A stretch of DNA of 64,000 nt, from assembly GCA_965224245.1 (NCBI GenBank), contig OZ245046.1, forward strand, positions 3,264,001 to 3,328,000, written 5' to 3'. The DNA comes from Candidatus Eiseniibacteriota bacterium. GTDB taxonomy: Bacteria > Eisenbacteria > RBG-16-71-46 > CAZAMP01. Made by a program: the position numbers and the translations under genes. Below, piece by piece: positions 35,982 to 47,935 of this stretch (within the stretch, counting starts at the first letter, position 1; every line of letters begins with the position of its first letter). Below the pieces are notes generated by a model. The model searched no databases and had not been told where the DNA came from. It was given only the letters and a program-made list of their open reading frames with translations.

Positions 35982-38039
35982 TCACACACCGGGCCGCTCG
36001 GCTCGTGCCACACGGCTCGGTCCACGAAACGGCCACGGCAGCATCTCGGGAGAGATGCACCCCCCGCTCGACGCCACGTGGGCGAGCGCGCTGCACACGT
36101 CGCGAAGCTCACGAACGTTCCCGCGGCTCCACCCGTGCGCGACCAGACGATCCACCGTCGCCGGATCCAGGCGTGGAGCATCGGCCGCTTCGGGGAGCCG
36201 CTGCGAGAGGAACAGCAACGCCAGCGGCTCGATCTCCTCGGGTCGGTCACGCAACGCCGGCACCGTCACCACACGGCCGGAAAGCAGCTCGAAGAGCTCC
36301 GCATCGAAGGCTCCGCGCTCGATCAGCGGTCTCGGATCCTCGGTGGCGGTGCTGATCAGCCGGAGCGCGTTCTCGGGGTCGTCGTCGCCGCGCGATCGCA
36401 GGAACCGCACGAGCTCGCGCTGCATGCCCCGTGGCATGGACGTGACGTCCTCCAGGATCGCACTTCCGCCGTCGGCCATCGCGAAGTACCCCGACAACGT
36501 CCAGTCGTCGCCGACGTTTCCGGCGGCCGACAGATCCGGGAGCGTCTCGCAGGCGAGGTTCACGCACAGCCGGCCCCGGCGCCCGAGCTTGTGTACCGCC
36601 GCGGCGATCAGGCGCTTGCCCACGCCGGGCTCGCCGACGAGCATCGTGGGAATCTGATCACCGGCCGCCTCGACGAGCTGATCCAGCGTGGCCAGCATCC
36701 GTGGGCTGGATGCCCGAACGCCCATGCGTTCCCAGACCGCTCGCCGCGAGCGCGGCCGCGACAGCGCACGTTCACCCCGCTCCAGCCGGCGCAGGAGGCG
36801 CCCCAGCCCCAGTCGCCGATATCGCCGCGTCGCCCGTTCGAGGTTTCGCTCGCCGATGCGGGAGTGCCCGACGCTGGACCACAGGCGCGCCTGGTACTCG
36901 CGGGTGAGCGCCGCCTCGAACCGATAGCCCCGCCGATCCGCGATCGCGACCGCCTCGGCAAAGAGCTGCGCGGCGAGATCGCGCCGGCCGCGCTCGAACG
37001 CGATCACGCCCGACACGCGCAGCAGGGCGACGCGCTCGAAGTCGTCGTTCAGGGCGTGGGTGAGCCTGAGCCCCTCATGCGCATCGCGCTCGGCGTGCTC
37101 GAGCTCTCCCCGCGCGGCATGCGCCTCGGCGAGCCGCCGGTAGCACTCGAGAACGACATCCCCTTCCGGCGCGATCTCGAGCCCGATCCGAAGCGCCTCC
37201 TTGAAGTGAACGAGCGCCGGCTCCGGGTGTCCCAGATCGAGGAGGGCATCTCCGATGAACTCGTTCGCCAGCGCCTCGCCCCGCCGGAACTCGGTGGACC
37301 GGGAGCGGCGCAGCGCCTCGGCCGCGACCTTGCGGGCGTGGTGCGCCAGTCCGAGGTTGCGGTAGATCTGAGCCCGGACCAGCCACACGTTGGTCACGAA
37401 GTTGGCTCGCTGTGTGCCGTCGAGCTCGCGGGCCACCCGGTGGATGCGACGCAGCGCGTCCACGAACAGCCCCTGCTTGTGCTGGCAGATCGACAGATTC
37501 AGCCAGGCGGCCTGCGCGAGATCGGACTCGCCGGCCTCGCGTGCCCAGAGCTGTCCGACGTGGAACGCCCGTCGCGCCGTGCTCCAGTTCGACAGCATCG
37601 CGTTGGCGGTACCGATGTCGTTCTGCGTCTTGGAGAGCCCACGCGGATCGCGGGCGTCACCGAACAGCCGCAGCGCCTCCTTCAGCTCGTCGATCGCCTC
37701 GTGGGTGTGACCGATGCGGAGCAGGAACACGCCGATCCATCGCTGGAGATGGGCCAGATGCAGGACCTCGTCACACAGCGGCTCGGTCTGGCGCGCGATG
37801 CGCAGGAAGCGGAGTCCGCTCTCGAAGTTGCCCTCGCGATAGAACGCCGACGCGATCTCGTCCAGGACGGCGGGCGTCGGAACCGAGCCGCACACCAGCG
37901 CGGCATGCGCGTGGCTGAGCGCCGCGAAGCGTGGCGTGTCGGCCATGGCGTTCACGACCTGCCGGGTCGCCTCCAGCTCGCGGCTGACCGACTCGAGAAG
38001 CGCGGACAGTGGACGCGGTGGCTCTGCGTGCCACGTCAC
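35982..38039 (-). CDS. TPR + degenerate sigma54-type AAA+ protein (paralog of 28408-30669; no GAFTGA, no HTH)
   Basis: TPR region aligns with the paralog (FRRGEA...APEGDVVLECY vs FRRTEA...[11 protein letters not shown]); GEPGVGKR; ADGGSAILED; GNVREL. Start uncertain, ORF open to 38258. Confidence 0.85.
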   Translation of the reverse strand: MTWHAEPPRPLSALLESVSRELEATRQVVNAMADTPRFAALSHAHAALVCGSVPTPAVLDEIASAFYREGNFESGLRFLRIARQTEPLCDEVLHLAHLQRWIGVFLLRIGHTHEAIDELKEALRLFGDARDPRGLSKTQNDIGTANAMLSNWSTARRAFHVGQLWAREAGESDLAQAAWLNLSICQHKQGLFVDALRRIHRVARELDGTQRANFVTNVWLVRAQIYRNLGLAHHARKVAAEALRRSRSTEFRRGEALANEFIGDALLDLGHPEPALVHFKEALRIGLEIAPEGDVVLECYRRLAEAHAARGELEHAERDAHEGLRLTHALNDDFERVALLRVSGVIAFERGRRDLAAQLFAEAVAIADRRGYRFEAALTREYQARLWSSVGHSRIGERNLERATRRYRRLGLGRLLRRLERGERALSRPRSRRAVWERMGVRASSPRMLATLDQLVEAAGDQIPTMLVGEPGVGKRLIAAAVHKLGRRGRLCVNLACETLPDLSAAGNVGDDWTLSGYFAMADGGSAILEDVTSMPRGMQRELVRFLRSRGDDDPENALRLISTATEDPRPLIERGAFDAELFELLSGRVVTVPALRDRPEEIEPLALLFLSQRLPEAADAPRLDPATVDRLVAHGWSRGNVRELRDVCSALAHVASSGGCISPEMLPWPFRGPSRVARAERPGV

Positions 38040-38309
38040 GGCCGGACCGCCGGTGAGGTCGTCGTCGACAATCGGAGCAGCATCCTGACTCCCGTCGTCT
38101 CGCCGTTGCCTTCGTGCACCGTGCCCGGCGCCGGGTGGGGCCCGGGAATCGTCCGGGGCGTCATAAGTCGTAGCATGGCAGGGGCTTCGCGCGCAAGCAG
38201 CACCCCTTGCCCCGGGGCCGTGGGTTGAGCCGGCCCCCCCGGGCGTGGTCCACTCCACCGCGCGGACCCGTCCCGTCCGACGATACCGCTACTTGAAGGA
38301 ACCACCACC

Positions 38310-39107
38310 GTGCGCCTGTTCGCCATCGGGGATCTCCACATGCCGGGCCCCCTCGGGAAGACCATGGACGTTTTCGGGGATCAGTGGATCGATCACCTCG
38401 ACCGCATCGCCGCCGACTGGGATCGCCGGGTCGGGGACGAGGACGTGGTCCTGGTGCCCGGCGACGTCTCGTGGGCACTCCGCCTGCGCGACGTCGAGAC
38501 CGATCTGGCCTGGCTCGGCGCCCGGCCGGGGACGACGATCCTGATCCGCGGAAACCACGACTACTGGTGGCAGTCCATCGGCAAGGTGCGCAACGCGTTG
38601 CCGCCTCGCTGCCACGCCATCCAGAACGACGCGTGGTGCTCCGAGGACGGCCGACTGGCCGTGGCGGGATCTCGCCTGTGGGACGTCCCCGACCTCCTCC
38701 TCGGGGACATCTTCGAGCCGGGCACCTCCCGCGCGGAGGACGCCGGTGACGCCGGAGACTCCGCGGGCTCCGCGTCCGGGGACGACGGCGCGAACGACGT
38801 GAGAATCTTCCGCCGCGAGCTGTCCCGTCTGGAGGCGTCGCTGTCGGCGATCCCCGCGCGGGCCGAACGCCGCGTGGTCATGACGCACTTCCCACCCACA
38901 AGTCCGTCGTTCGAGGCGACCCCGGTCACCGAGCTGCTCGACGCGCATCGGGTCGACGTCTGCGTCTTCGGGCACCTGCACGGCGTGCGCGCCGGCGTCA
39001 CCTTCGACGGCCGGCTGCACGGCGTGCGCTACGTGCTGGCGAGCGCCGATCATCTCGACTTCCGCCTGCTCGAGATCCCGCTCGACGTCACCCCGCCCGC
39101 GCCTTGA
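38310..39107 (+). CDS. Calcineurin-like metallophosphoesterase
   Basis: GDLH, PGDVSW, RGNHDYWW and FGHLH motifs. Confidence 0.93.
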   Translation: MRLFAIGDLHMPGPLGKTMDVFGDQWIDHLDRIAADWDRRVGDEDVVLVPGDVSWALRLRDVETDLAWLGARPGTTILIRGNHDYWWQSIGKVRNALPPRCHAIQNDAWCSEDGRLAVAGSRLWDVPDLLLGDIFEPGTSRAEDAGDAGDSAGSASGDDGANDVRIFRRELSRLEASLSAIPARAERRVVMTHFPPTSPSFEATPVTELLDAHRVDVCVFGHLHGVRAGVTFDGRLHGVRYVLASADHLDFRLLEIPLDVTPPAP

Positions 39108-40950
39108 CGAACCGCGCGTCGGCACCGCGCACGAACTGGTTCGTGTAAAGCGCGTGGTAGCGGCCGCGCGCGGCGAGCAGCTCCTCATGGCTGCCCGCCT
39201 CCACGATCTCGCCCCCGTCGATCACCAGGATGCGGTCGGCGGCACGGATCGTCGAGAGTCGATGCGCGATCACGAACGAGATTCGCCCGCGGAGCACCGC
39301 GTCGATCCCCGCCTGGATCAGCTGCTCGGTCTCGGTGTCCACCGACGAGGTCGCTTCGTCCATCACGAAGATCTGCGGGTCCGCGAGCACCGCTCGCGCC
39401 AGCGACACGAGCTGCTTCTGCCCGGTCGAGAGACGGCTGCCGCCCTCCCCGACCTCGGTCAGGTAGCCCTCCGGCATCCCGTCGATGAACGCGTGCGCGT
39501 TGGCCACCTCGGCCGCCGCCCGGACCTCGGCCTCGGTCGCGTCCAGTCGACCGTACCGAATGTTGTCGAGGATCGAGCCCGAGAACAGGTGCGGCGTCTG
39601 CAGCACCATGCCCAGGTTCGACTGCAGCCAGCGGAGGCCCCGCCGCCGATAGTCGACGCCGTTGATCTCGATCCGCCCCGACGTCGGCTCGTAGAACCGG
39701 CACACGAGGTTCACGATCGTGCTCTTTCCCCCGCCGGTCGCACCGACCAGCGCGATCGTGTCGCCGGCGTTCACGGTCAGGTCCACCCGGCGAAGCACCG
39801 GCTCGCCGGGCACGTACTCGAACCCGACGTCGCGGAACGCGATCGTCTCGATCACCGCGTCGTGACCGTCCTCGGCCAGGCCGGCGGCGCGCTGGTGGGG
39901 CCGATCGGCCGCGAGGCGCCCCAGCACGTCCGGCGCGTCGCGGATCGCGGGCTCGGTCTCGAGAAGCCCGATCAGCCGCTCCGCCGACGCCTGCGCCGCC
40001 TGGAGCTCGGTGAACCGCTGTGCCAGCTCCTGGATCGGCATGTAGAAGAGCGCGGCGTACTGCATGAACGCGACCAGCGTGCCGTAGCTCAGCCCGCCCA
40101 CCTGCACGTCCAGCCCGCCCTTCCACAACGCGATCCCCACGCCGAAGCTGCCCAGCGTGATCACGATCGGCAGGTACACGGCGGCCTGGAGCGCGTTCCG
40201 CACCGACGCGGCGAACATGGTGCCGGTCAGGGTGTCGAACTCGGCCTGGTTGTCGACCTCTCGCACGAGCGTCTTCGTGGTCGGGACGCCCATGATCCCC
40301 TCGTTGAACGACGCGGTGATCCGGGAGTTCGTCCGCCGCACCAGGCGCTGGCTCTCCAGGAGCCGGCGCTGGAAGAAGACGCTCACCAGCGCCAGCGGAG
40401 GCACGATCAGCATCACGTACAGCGCGAGCCGCACGTCCAGGCTCAGCATCATCACGCTGATCCCGACGATCAGGCTCGTTCCCCAGACCAGATCGAGCGT
40501 CGACCACGGAATGACGTTCGACAGCTTCGCGCAGTCGGACGTCATGCGGGCCATCAGCCAACCCACCGGTCGCGTGTCGAAGAACGAGAACGACAGCTCC
40601 TGCAGCCGGCCGAAGCCGTCTCGCCGCACGTCGTGCGCGTAGCCGGTCGCCACGCGGCCGGCGATCACGATGAAGGTCCAGATGAGAACGCCGATGCCGA
40701 CGACCGCCACCGTGTAACCGGCGACGCCCCGGACGATCAGACCGGTGTCGCCGCCGGTCGCCCCGTCGATGATGACGCCGGTCAGCCAGGGCAGAACGGC
40801 GTCGAAGGCCGCCATGACGGCCCCCGACGCGCCGAGCGCCACGAGCTGACGGCGATACGGCGCCGCCAGCGACAGCACGCGACCCCACAGTCGCGGATCC
40901 AGCCGCGCCGGCTCGTCGACGTCTTCGTGCAAGTCCAGTGCGTCACTCAT
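39088..40950 (-). CDS. ABC exporter, fused permease/ATPase (subunit B of heterodimer)
   Basis: TMD plus GATGGGKST, LSTGQKQ, VMDEATSSVD and AHRLST; ATGA overlap with the partner gene. Confidence 0.95.
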   Translation of the reverse strand: MSDALDLHEDVDEPARLDPRLWGRVLSLAAPYRRQLVALGASGAVMAAFDAVLPWLTGVIIDGATGGDTGLIVRGVAGYTVAVVGIGVLIWTFIVIAGRVATGYAHDVRRDGFGRLQELSFSFFDTRPVGWLMARMTSDCAKLSNVIPWSTLDLVWGTSLIVGISVMMLSLDVRLALYVMLIVPPLALVSVFFQRRLLESQRLVRRTNSRITASFNEGIMGVPTTKTLVREVDNQAEFDTLTGTMFAASVRNALQAAVYLPIVITLGSFGVGIALWKGGLDVQVGGLSYGTLVAFMQYAALFYMPIQELAQRFTELQAAQASAERLIGLLETEPAIRDAPDVLGRLAADRPHQRAAGLAEDGHDAVIETIAFRDVGFEYVPGEPVLRRVDLTVNAGDTIALVGATGGGKSTIVNLVCRFYEPTSGRIEINGVDYRRRGLRWLQSNLGMVLQTPHLFSGSILDNIRYGRLDATEAEVRAAAEVANAHAFIDGMPEGYLTEVGEGGSRLSTGQKQLVSLARAVLADPQIFVMDEATSSVDTETEQLIQAGIDAVLRGRISFVIAHRLSTIRAADRILVIDGGEIVEAGSHEELLAARGRYHALYTNQFVRGADARFVKARAG

Positions 40951-42914
40951 GGGTTCGTCCTCGCCACCGACATCCGGGCGTCGGTCGTCGTGTCGTCCAT
41001 CACCGCGGCGTCGGTCGCGTCGTCCATCGCAGCGTCGTGAGCCGCGCCGGTCATGGCCGCGTGGTCGGCATCCAGCTCGTGAAGCGCTTCGTCCTCGATG
41101 CCCACCTCGGTCTCCAGCGTCGACTGGATCGTCCAGAGTCGCCGGTAGAGACCGCGTTCGGCGATCAGATCGCGATGCGGTCCCTCCTGCACGATCCGTC
41201 CGTTCTCGATCACGAGAATCCGATCCGCGTGCATCAACGTCGAGAGCCGGTGTGCGATCAGGAGCGTCGTCCGCTCGCCGCGACGGCTCTCCAGCGCCTC
41301 GAGGATGAGCTTCTCGGTCTCGGTGTCCACCGCACTGAGCGCATCGTCGAGAATGAGCACGCGCGGGCGATCCAGAAGCGCCCTGGCCAGCGCGACACGC
41401 TGTCGCTGTCCACCCGAGAGCGTCACCCCACGCTCGCCGACGACCGTCTCGTAGCCCAGGTCGAACTCCATGATCGAGTCGTGCACGCACGCCACGCGCG
41501 CGGCGTCCTCGATCTCGGAGTCGCTCGCTCCCTTGCGGCCCAGACGGACGTTCTCGCGAAGCGTCTTCGAGTACAGGAACGGCTCCTGCATGATCACGGC
41601 GATCTCCGATCGGGCTCGCTTGCGCGGCACGAGCCCGAGATCGACCCCGTCGAGGATCACCCGGCCTCGCGTCGGGTCGTAGAGCCGGAGGGCGAGCCGC
41701 ACGATCGTCGACTTACCCGCACCCGACGGACCCAGCAGCGCGACCGTCTCACCCGGTCGGATCGAGAACGAGACGTCCTCGAGCGCCCACGGCCCCTCGC
41801 CGTAGCGGAAGCTGACGTCCTCGAACACGAGCGCGCCCAGCGGCGCTCCATCGGTGACGTCGCCGATCGAGACCGGCGCCTCGGGATCCCGCTCGCGCGG
41901 GGCGGACAGGATGTCGTCGATCCGGCCGATCGCGACCAGCGCCTTGCCGAGCTGGGTCAGGATCCGCCCCATCATGCGGATCGGCCACACGAACATGCTC
42001 ACCGCGGCCAGAAAGAAGTAGAACGTCCCGACCTGGAGGCTGCCGTTCATCAGCCAGAACGCGCCCACACCGACCACGAGCGCCTTCTGACCCATGCACA
42101 GGACGTCCGACACCGACCAGTACCAGGCCATCAACCGGTACAGGACGAAGTCGAGGTCGCGGTGCTCGGCGTTGCGCTCGGCGAAGCGATCGATCTCGTG
42201 GTCCTGTCGCGCGAACGCGCGGACCACGCGGATCCCGGTGAGGTTCTCCTGCAGCCGGCTGGTCAGACGACCCTCGGCCTCGTCGACCTCCTGGAACGAG
42301 GCGCGGACCCGCCGGAAGAAGAGCAGCGAGAACACGAACACCACCGGCAGCAGGACGATCGACACGAGCGTCATCCGGACGTCGAGCATCATCATCAACG
42401 GGATTGGCACCAGCATCATGAACGTGGCGCGTCCGAGCTCCACCACCTGGCTGGCCAGGAACTGCCGGAGCGTCTCCACGTCCGACGTGCAGCGCTGGAC
42501 GAGATCACCGGTCTCGGCATCGTCGAAGAACGACATCGGCAGGTGCTGCAGATGCTCGTACAGTCGATTGCGCACGCGCTCGGCGATGCGCTCCGACGCC
42601 ACCGCCGACCAGCGGGCGCGCAGGTACGTGAACACCCCCGAGATCGCGGTCAGACCGGCGACCGCGACCAGCGCCCAGTGCAGCCCGCCCGCGATGGCCT
42701 CGCGCCCCCCGAGCACGTCGACGGCTCGCCGCACGAACGCCGAGCCCGCCTCGGGATCGTCGGTCAGCGCGCCGTCGATCACGATCTGGGGCACGAGGGG
42801 AACCAGATACAGGAAGCACGACGCCACCGAGAGCGCCGCGATCGCCGCTCCGTAGCGAAGGCGCTGGCCCTCGAGAAGCTGCCAGGTGAGTCGAAGCGTA
42901 GAACGGGATCGCAT
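40947..42914 (-). CDS. ABC exporter, fused permease/ATPase (subunit A of heterodimer)
   Basis: GPSGAGKST, LSGGQRQR and ILDDALSAVD (Asp in place of the catalytic Glu, typical of heterodimeric exporters). Confidence 0.95.
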   Translation of the reverse strand: MRSRSTLRLTWQLLEGQRLRYGAAIAALSVASCFLYLVPLVPQIVIDGALTDDPEAGSAFVRRAVDVLGGREAIAGGLHWALVAVAGLTAISGVFTYLRARWSAVASERIAERVRNRLYEHLQHLPMSFFDDAETGDLVQRCTSDVETLRQFLASQVVELGRATFMMLVPIPLMMMLDVRMTLVSIVLLPVVFVFSLLFFRRVRASFQEVDEAEGRLTSRLQENLTGIRVVRAFARQDHEIDRFAERNAEHRDLDFVLYRLMAWYWSVSDVLCMGQKALVVGVGAFWLMNGSLQVGTFYFFLAAVSMFVWPIRMMGRILTQLGKALVAIGRIDDILSAPRERDPEAPVSIGDVTDGAPLGALVFEDVSFRYGEGPWALEDVSFSIRPGETVALLGPSGAGKSTIVRLALRLYDPTRGRVILDGVDLGLVPRKRARSEIAVIMQEPFLYSKTLRENVRLGRKGASDSEIEDAARVACVHDSIMEFDLGYETVVGERGVTLSGGQRQRVALARALLDRPRVLILDDALSAVDTETEKLILEALESRRGERTTLLIAHRLSTLMHADRILVIENGRIVQEGPHRDLIAERGLYRRLWTIQSTLETEVGIEDEALHELDADHAAMTGAAHDAAMDDATDAAVMDDTTTDARMSVARTNP

Positions 42915-43080
42915 CGAGACTAGCCCTCATCCATTGTAATTCGCTCAAGTACAACTACTTACGCGCGACCGCGCTGAAGCGTCACGAGCGGGATGAGAAG
43001 ACCGATGCCGATGCGAAAGAGTGGTGACGATCCGGTCCAAACCCGCCCGCGGGGAGCGCGGCGGGTTCGGAGAGCGACGT

Positions 43081-43158
43081 TCAGCGCGTCTTCGGCCCGC
43101 CCGCTACGACGTTCCACCGGGGGAACGACGCGGGATCGAACGTGAAGCTGAACTTCAT
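43081..43158 (-). CDS. Putative 25-aa leader peptide MKFSFTFDPASFPRWNVVAGGPKTR
   Basis: Perfect SD (AAGGAGG) before the ATG; followed by a strong hairpin; upstream of the ABC exporter genes. Confidence 0.45.
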   Translation of the reverse strand: MKFSFTFDPASFPRWNVVAGGPKTR

Positions 43159-43484
43159 CTCGCCCTCCTTGCTGGACTCCGGCTTTCGAAGGTCGCGCCA
43201 TGGTAGTCGATCGCGCACCTTCTGGGCAATGGCTTTCGACCTCAAACGGAGTACGACGCGATCAGGTTGCGCGTTTCGTCCATGTTTGTGCTCGTCGACG
43301 CGAGCGACGGCCTCGCGGCCCGCGGGCACCCCCCAAACCGCCCGCCGCGGACGCGTGAATGCCGTGTGAATACAGTGGCAAACCGGCGGATCCGGGCGTG
43401 GTCAGGATGCCCCCACTGGCGTAAAATCTGCGGTTCGCCAATACACGCACCATTGCGACCGACCCATGTACGAAGGAGGTCCCG

Positions 43485-46283
<2,799 letters not shown>

Positions 46284-46299
46284 TCCGTCCGCGACGCTG

Positions 46300-46321
46300 C
46301 CCGGGGCCTGCCGGCCCCGGG
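46300..46321 (+). terminator. GC hairpin after the M16 peptidase gene
   Basis: CCCGGGGCC-TGCC-GGCCCCGGG; no U-tract. Confidence 0.4.
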
Positions 46322-46333
46322 TGGCCGTCGCCC

Positions 46334-46362
46334 TTCACATGACCCTCGAAACTGAGTAGTAT
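46334..46362 (+). promoter_or_regulatory. Putative sigma70 promoter of the nuo operon
   Basis: TTCACA-17 bp-TAGTAT. Confidence 0.5.
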
Positions 46363-46431
46363 CCTCCGCTCGTCATTGCCGGCCGTGGTGGGCGATCCCG
46401 TCCACCGGCGTCTCGCCGAGGAGGCTCGGTC

Positions 46432-46800
46432 ATGGGTGTGCCGAAAGACTACGCGGTCCTGGGGGCCCTGTTCGTGCTGGGGGCTCTCGTCGCCGTCGTG
46501 CCGCTGGCGCTACCGTTGCTCCTGAGCCCGCGCTACCGGGGCGAGAAGACCCGGTCCACCTACGAGTGCGGAATCGACACGATCGGGTCGGCCTGGGGGC
46601 GATTCTCGATCGCATTCTACCTCTTCGCGCTGATCTTCGTCGCGTTCGAGGTGGACATCCTCTACCTGTTCCCGGTCGCGCTCGTGTTCGACGAGGCCGG
46701 AATGGGAATCCGCGACGTCGTCGAGCTGAGCATGTTCCTCGGAATCCTCTCGCTCGCGATCCTGTTCGCCTGGAAACGCGGGGTCTTCAAGTGGACGTAG
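46432..46800 (+). CDS. nuoA: NADH-quinone oxidoreductase subunit A
   Basis: [17 protein letters not shown]; three TM segments. Confidence 0.95.
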   Translation: MGVPKDYAVLGALFVLGALVAVVPLALPLLLSPRYRGEKTRSTYECGIDTIGSAWGRFSIAFYLFALIFVAFEVDILYLFPVALVFDEAGMGIRDVVELSMFLGILSLAILFAWKRGVFKWT

Positions 46801-46832
46801 ACACCGGCGACGACCGCCGCCCGGACGGCGAC

Positions 46833-47387
46833 ATGACGACCGCCAGCGTCGGACCCTCCATCGTCAAGGCCGCCTCGGACACGCTCAGCGAGTCGGAGGA
46901 GAAGCGCCTCATGGCCGAGGCCGAGCCGTTCGTCCGCTTCCACATGCTCGAGGACCTGATCAACGCCGCACGAGCGAACTCTCTGTGGCCCCTGACGTTC
47001 GGGCTCGCGTGCTGTGCGATCGAGATGATGGCGGCCGGCGCCGCGCGCCACGACCTGGATCGTTTCGGGGCCGGGGTCTTTCGTCCCAGCGCCCGGCAGG
47101 CCGACGTGATGATCTTCGCGGGCACGATCTCCCGGAAGATGGGGCCGGTCATCAAGACGCTGTGGGATCAGATGCCGAGCCCCAAGTGGGCCATCTCGAT
47201 GGGCGGCTGCACGATCGACGGCGGTCCATTCAAGTATCCGAATCAGTACGCGATCTACGAGGGCGCCGACGAGCTGGTCCCCGTGGACGTCTACATCCCC
47301 GGATGCCCGCCCCGCCCCGAGGCCCTCATCGCCGGGATCCTGAAGCTCCAGGAGAAGATCCGCGCGGGCAGGAAGTTCGAGGGATGA
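46833..47387 (+). CDS. nuoB: NADH-quinone oxidoreductase subunit B
   Basis: [15 protein letters not shown] and [10 protein letters not shown]; alternative start GTG at 46791. Confidence 0.96.
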   Translation: MTTASVGPSIVKAASDTLSESEEKRLMAEAEPFVRFHMLEDLINAARANSLWPLTFGLACCAIEMMAAGAARHDLDRFGAGVFRPSARQADVMIFAGTISRKMGPVIKTLWDQMPSPKWAISMGGCTIDGGPFKYPNQYAIYEGADELVPVDVYIPGCPPRPEALIAGILKLQEKIRAGRKFEG

Positions 47388-47935
47388 CCACCGCCATCGC
47401 CGCCGAGCTGAGCTCGGCCTCGCTGACCACCGCGAGCGAGCCCGGCGACTACGCCGCGTCCGGTGTCCACCACCGCCATGTCGCAACGCCGAGCGCCCTG
47501 CCCGAGATCGCCTCGCGGTTCTCGGCTCACGAGTACTTCCTCGAGATGATCACCTGCCTGGACCTGCGACAGACCGACTCCCGCATGCGCCTGGTCTACA
47601 CGTTCAATCGCTTCGACGCGGCCGACCGGCACCTCGTCACGGTCGATCTGGCCCCCACCCGGGAGTGGACCGGTCCGCCGGCCAAGCCCGCGCGGAAGAC
47701 CGACGAGGCCGACGCCACCGAGGCGGACGCCCCCTCGGAGACCGAGGGGGTCAGCATCACCGACGTGTTCTCCGCGGCCGACTGGTACGAGCGCGAGATC
47801 TACGACATGTACGGGGTCTCGTTCCGGGGTCATCCCGACCTGAAGCGGATCCTCCTCCCCGACGACGCCGACTTCCATGCCCTTCTGAAGGACTTCGGAC
47901 GCATCGAGGACGCCGAGAAGGAGCCCGCGTCATGA
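47384..47935 (+). CDS. nuoC: NADH-quinone oxidoreductase subunit C
   Basis: [27 protein letters not shown]...LLKDF. Confidence 0.93.
   Translation: MTTAIAAELSSASLTTASEPGDYAASGVHHRHVATPSALPEIASRFSAHEYFLEMITCLDLRQTDSRMRLVYTFNRFDAADRHLVTVDLAPTREWTGPPAKPARKTDEADATEADAPSETEGVSITDVFSAADWYEREIYDMYGVSFRGHPDLKRILLPDDADFHALLKDFGRIEDAEKEPAS

Noticed and set aside
38176-38190. TGGCAGGGGCTTCGC, a possible -24/-12 site before the metallophosphoesterase
   Set aside because: Two mismatches, no supporting enhancer sites, and chance matches are likely at this GC content.
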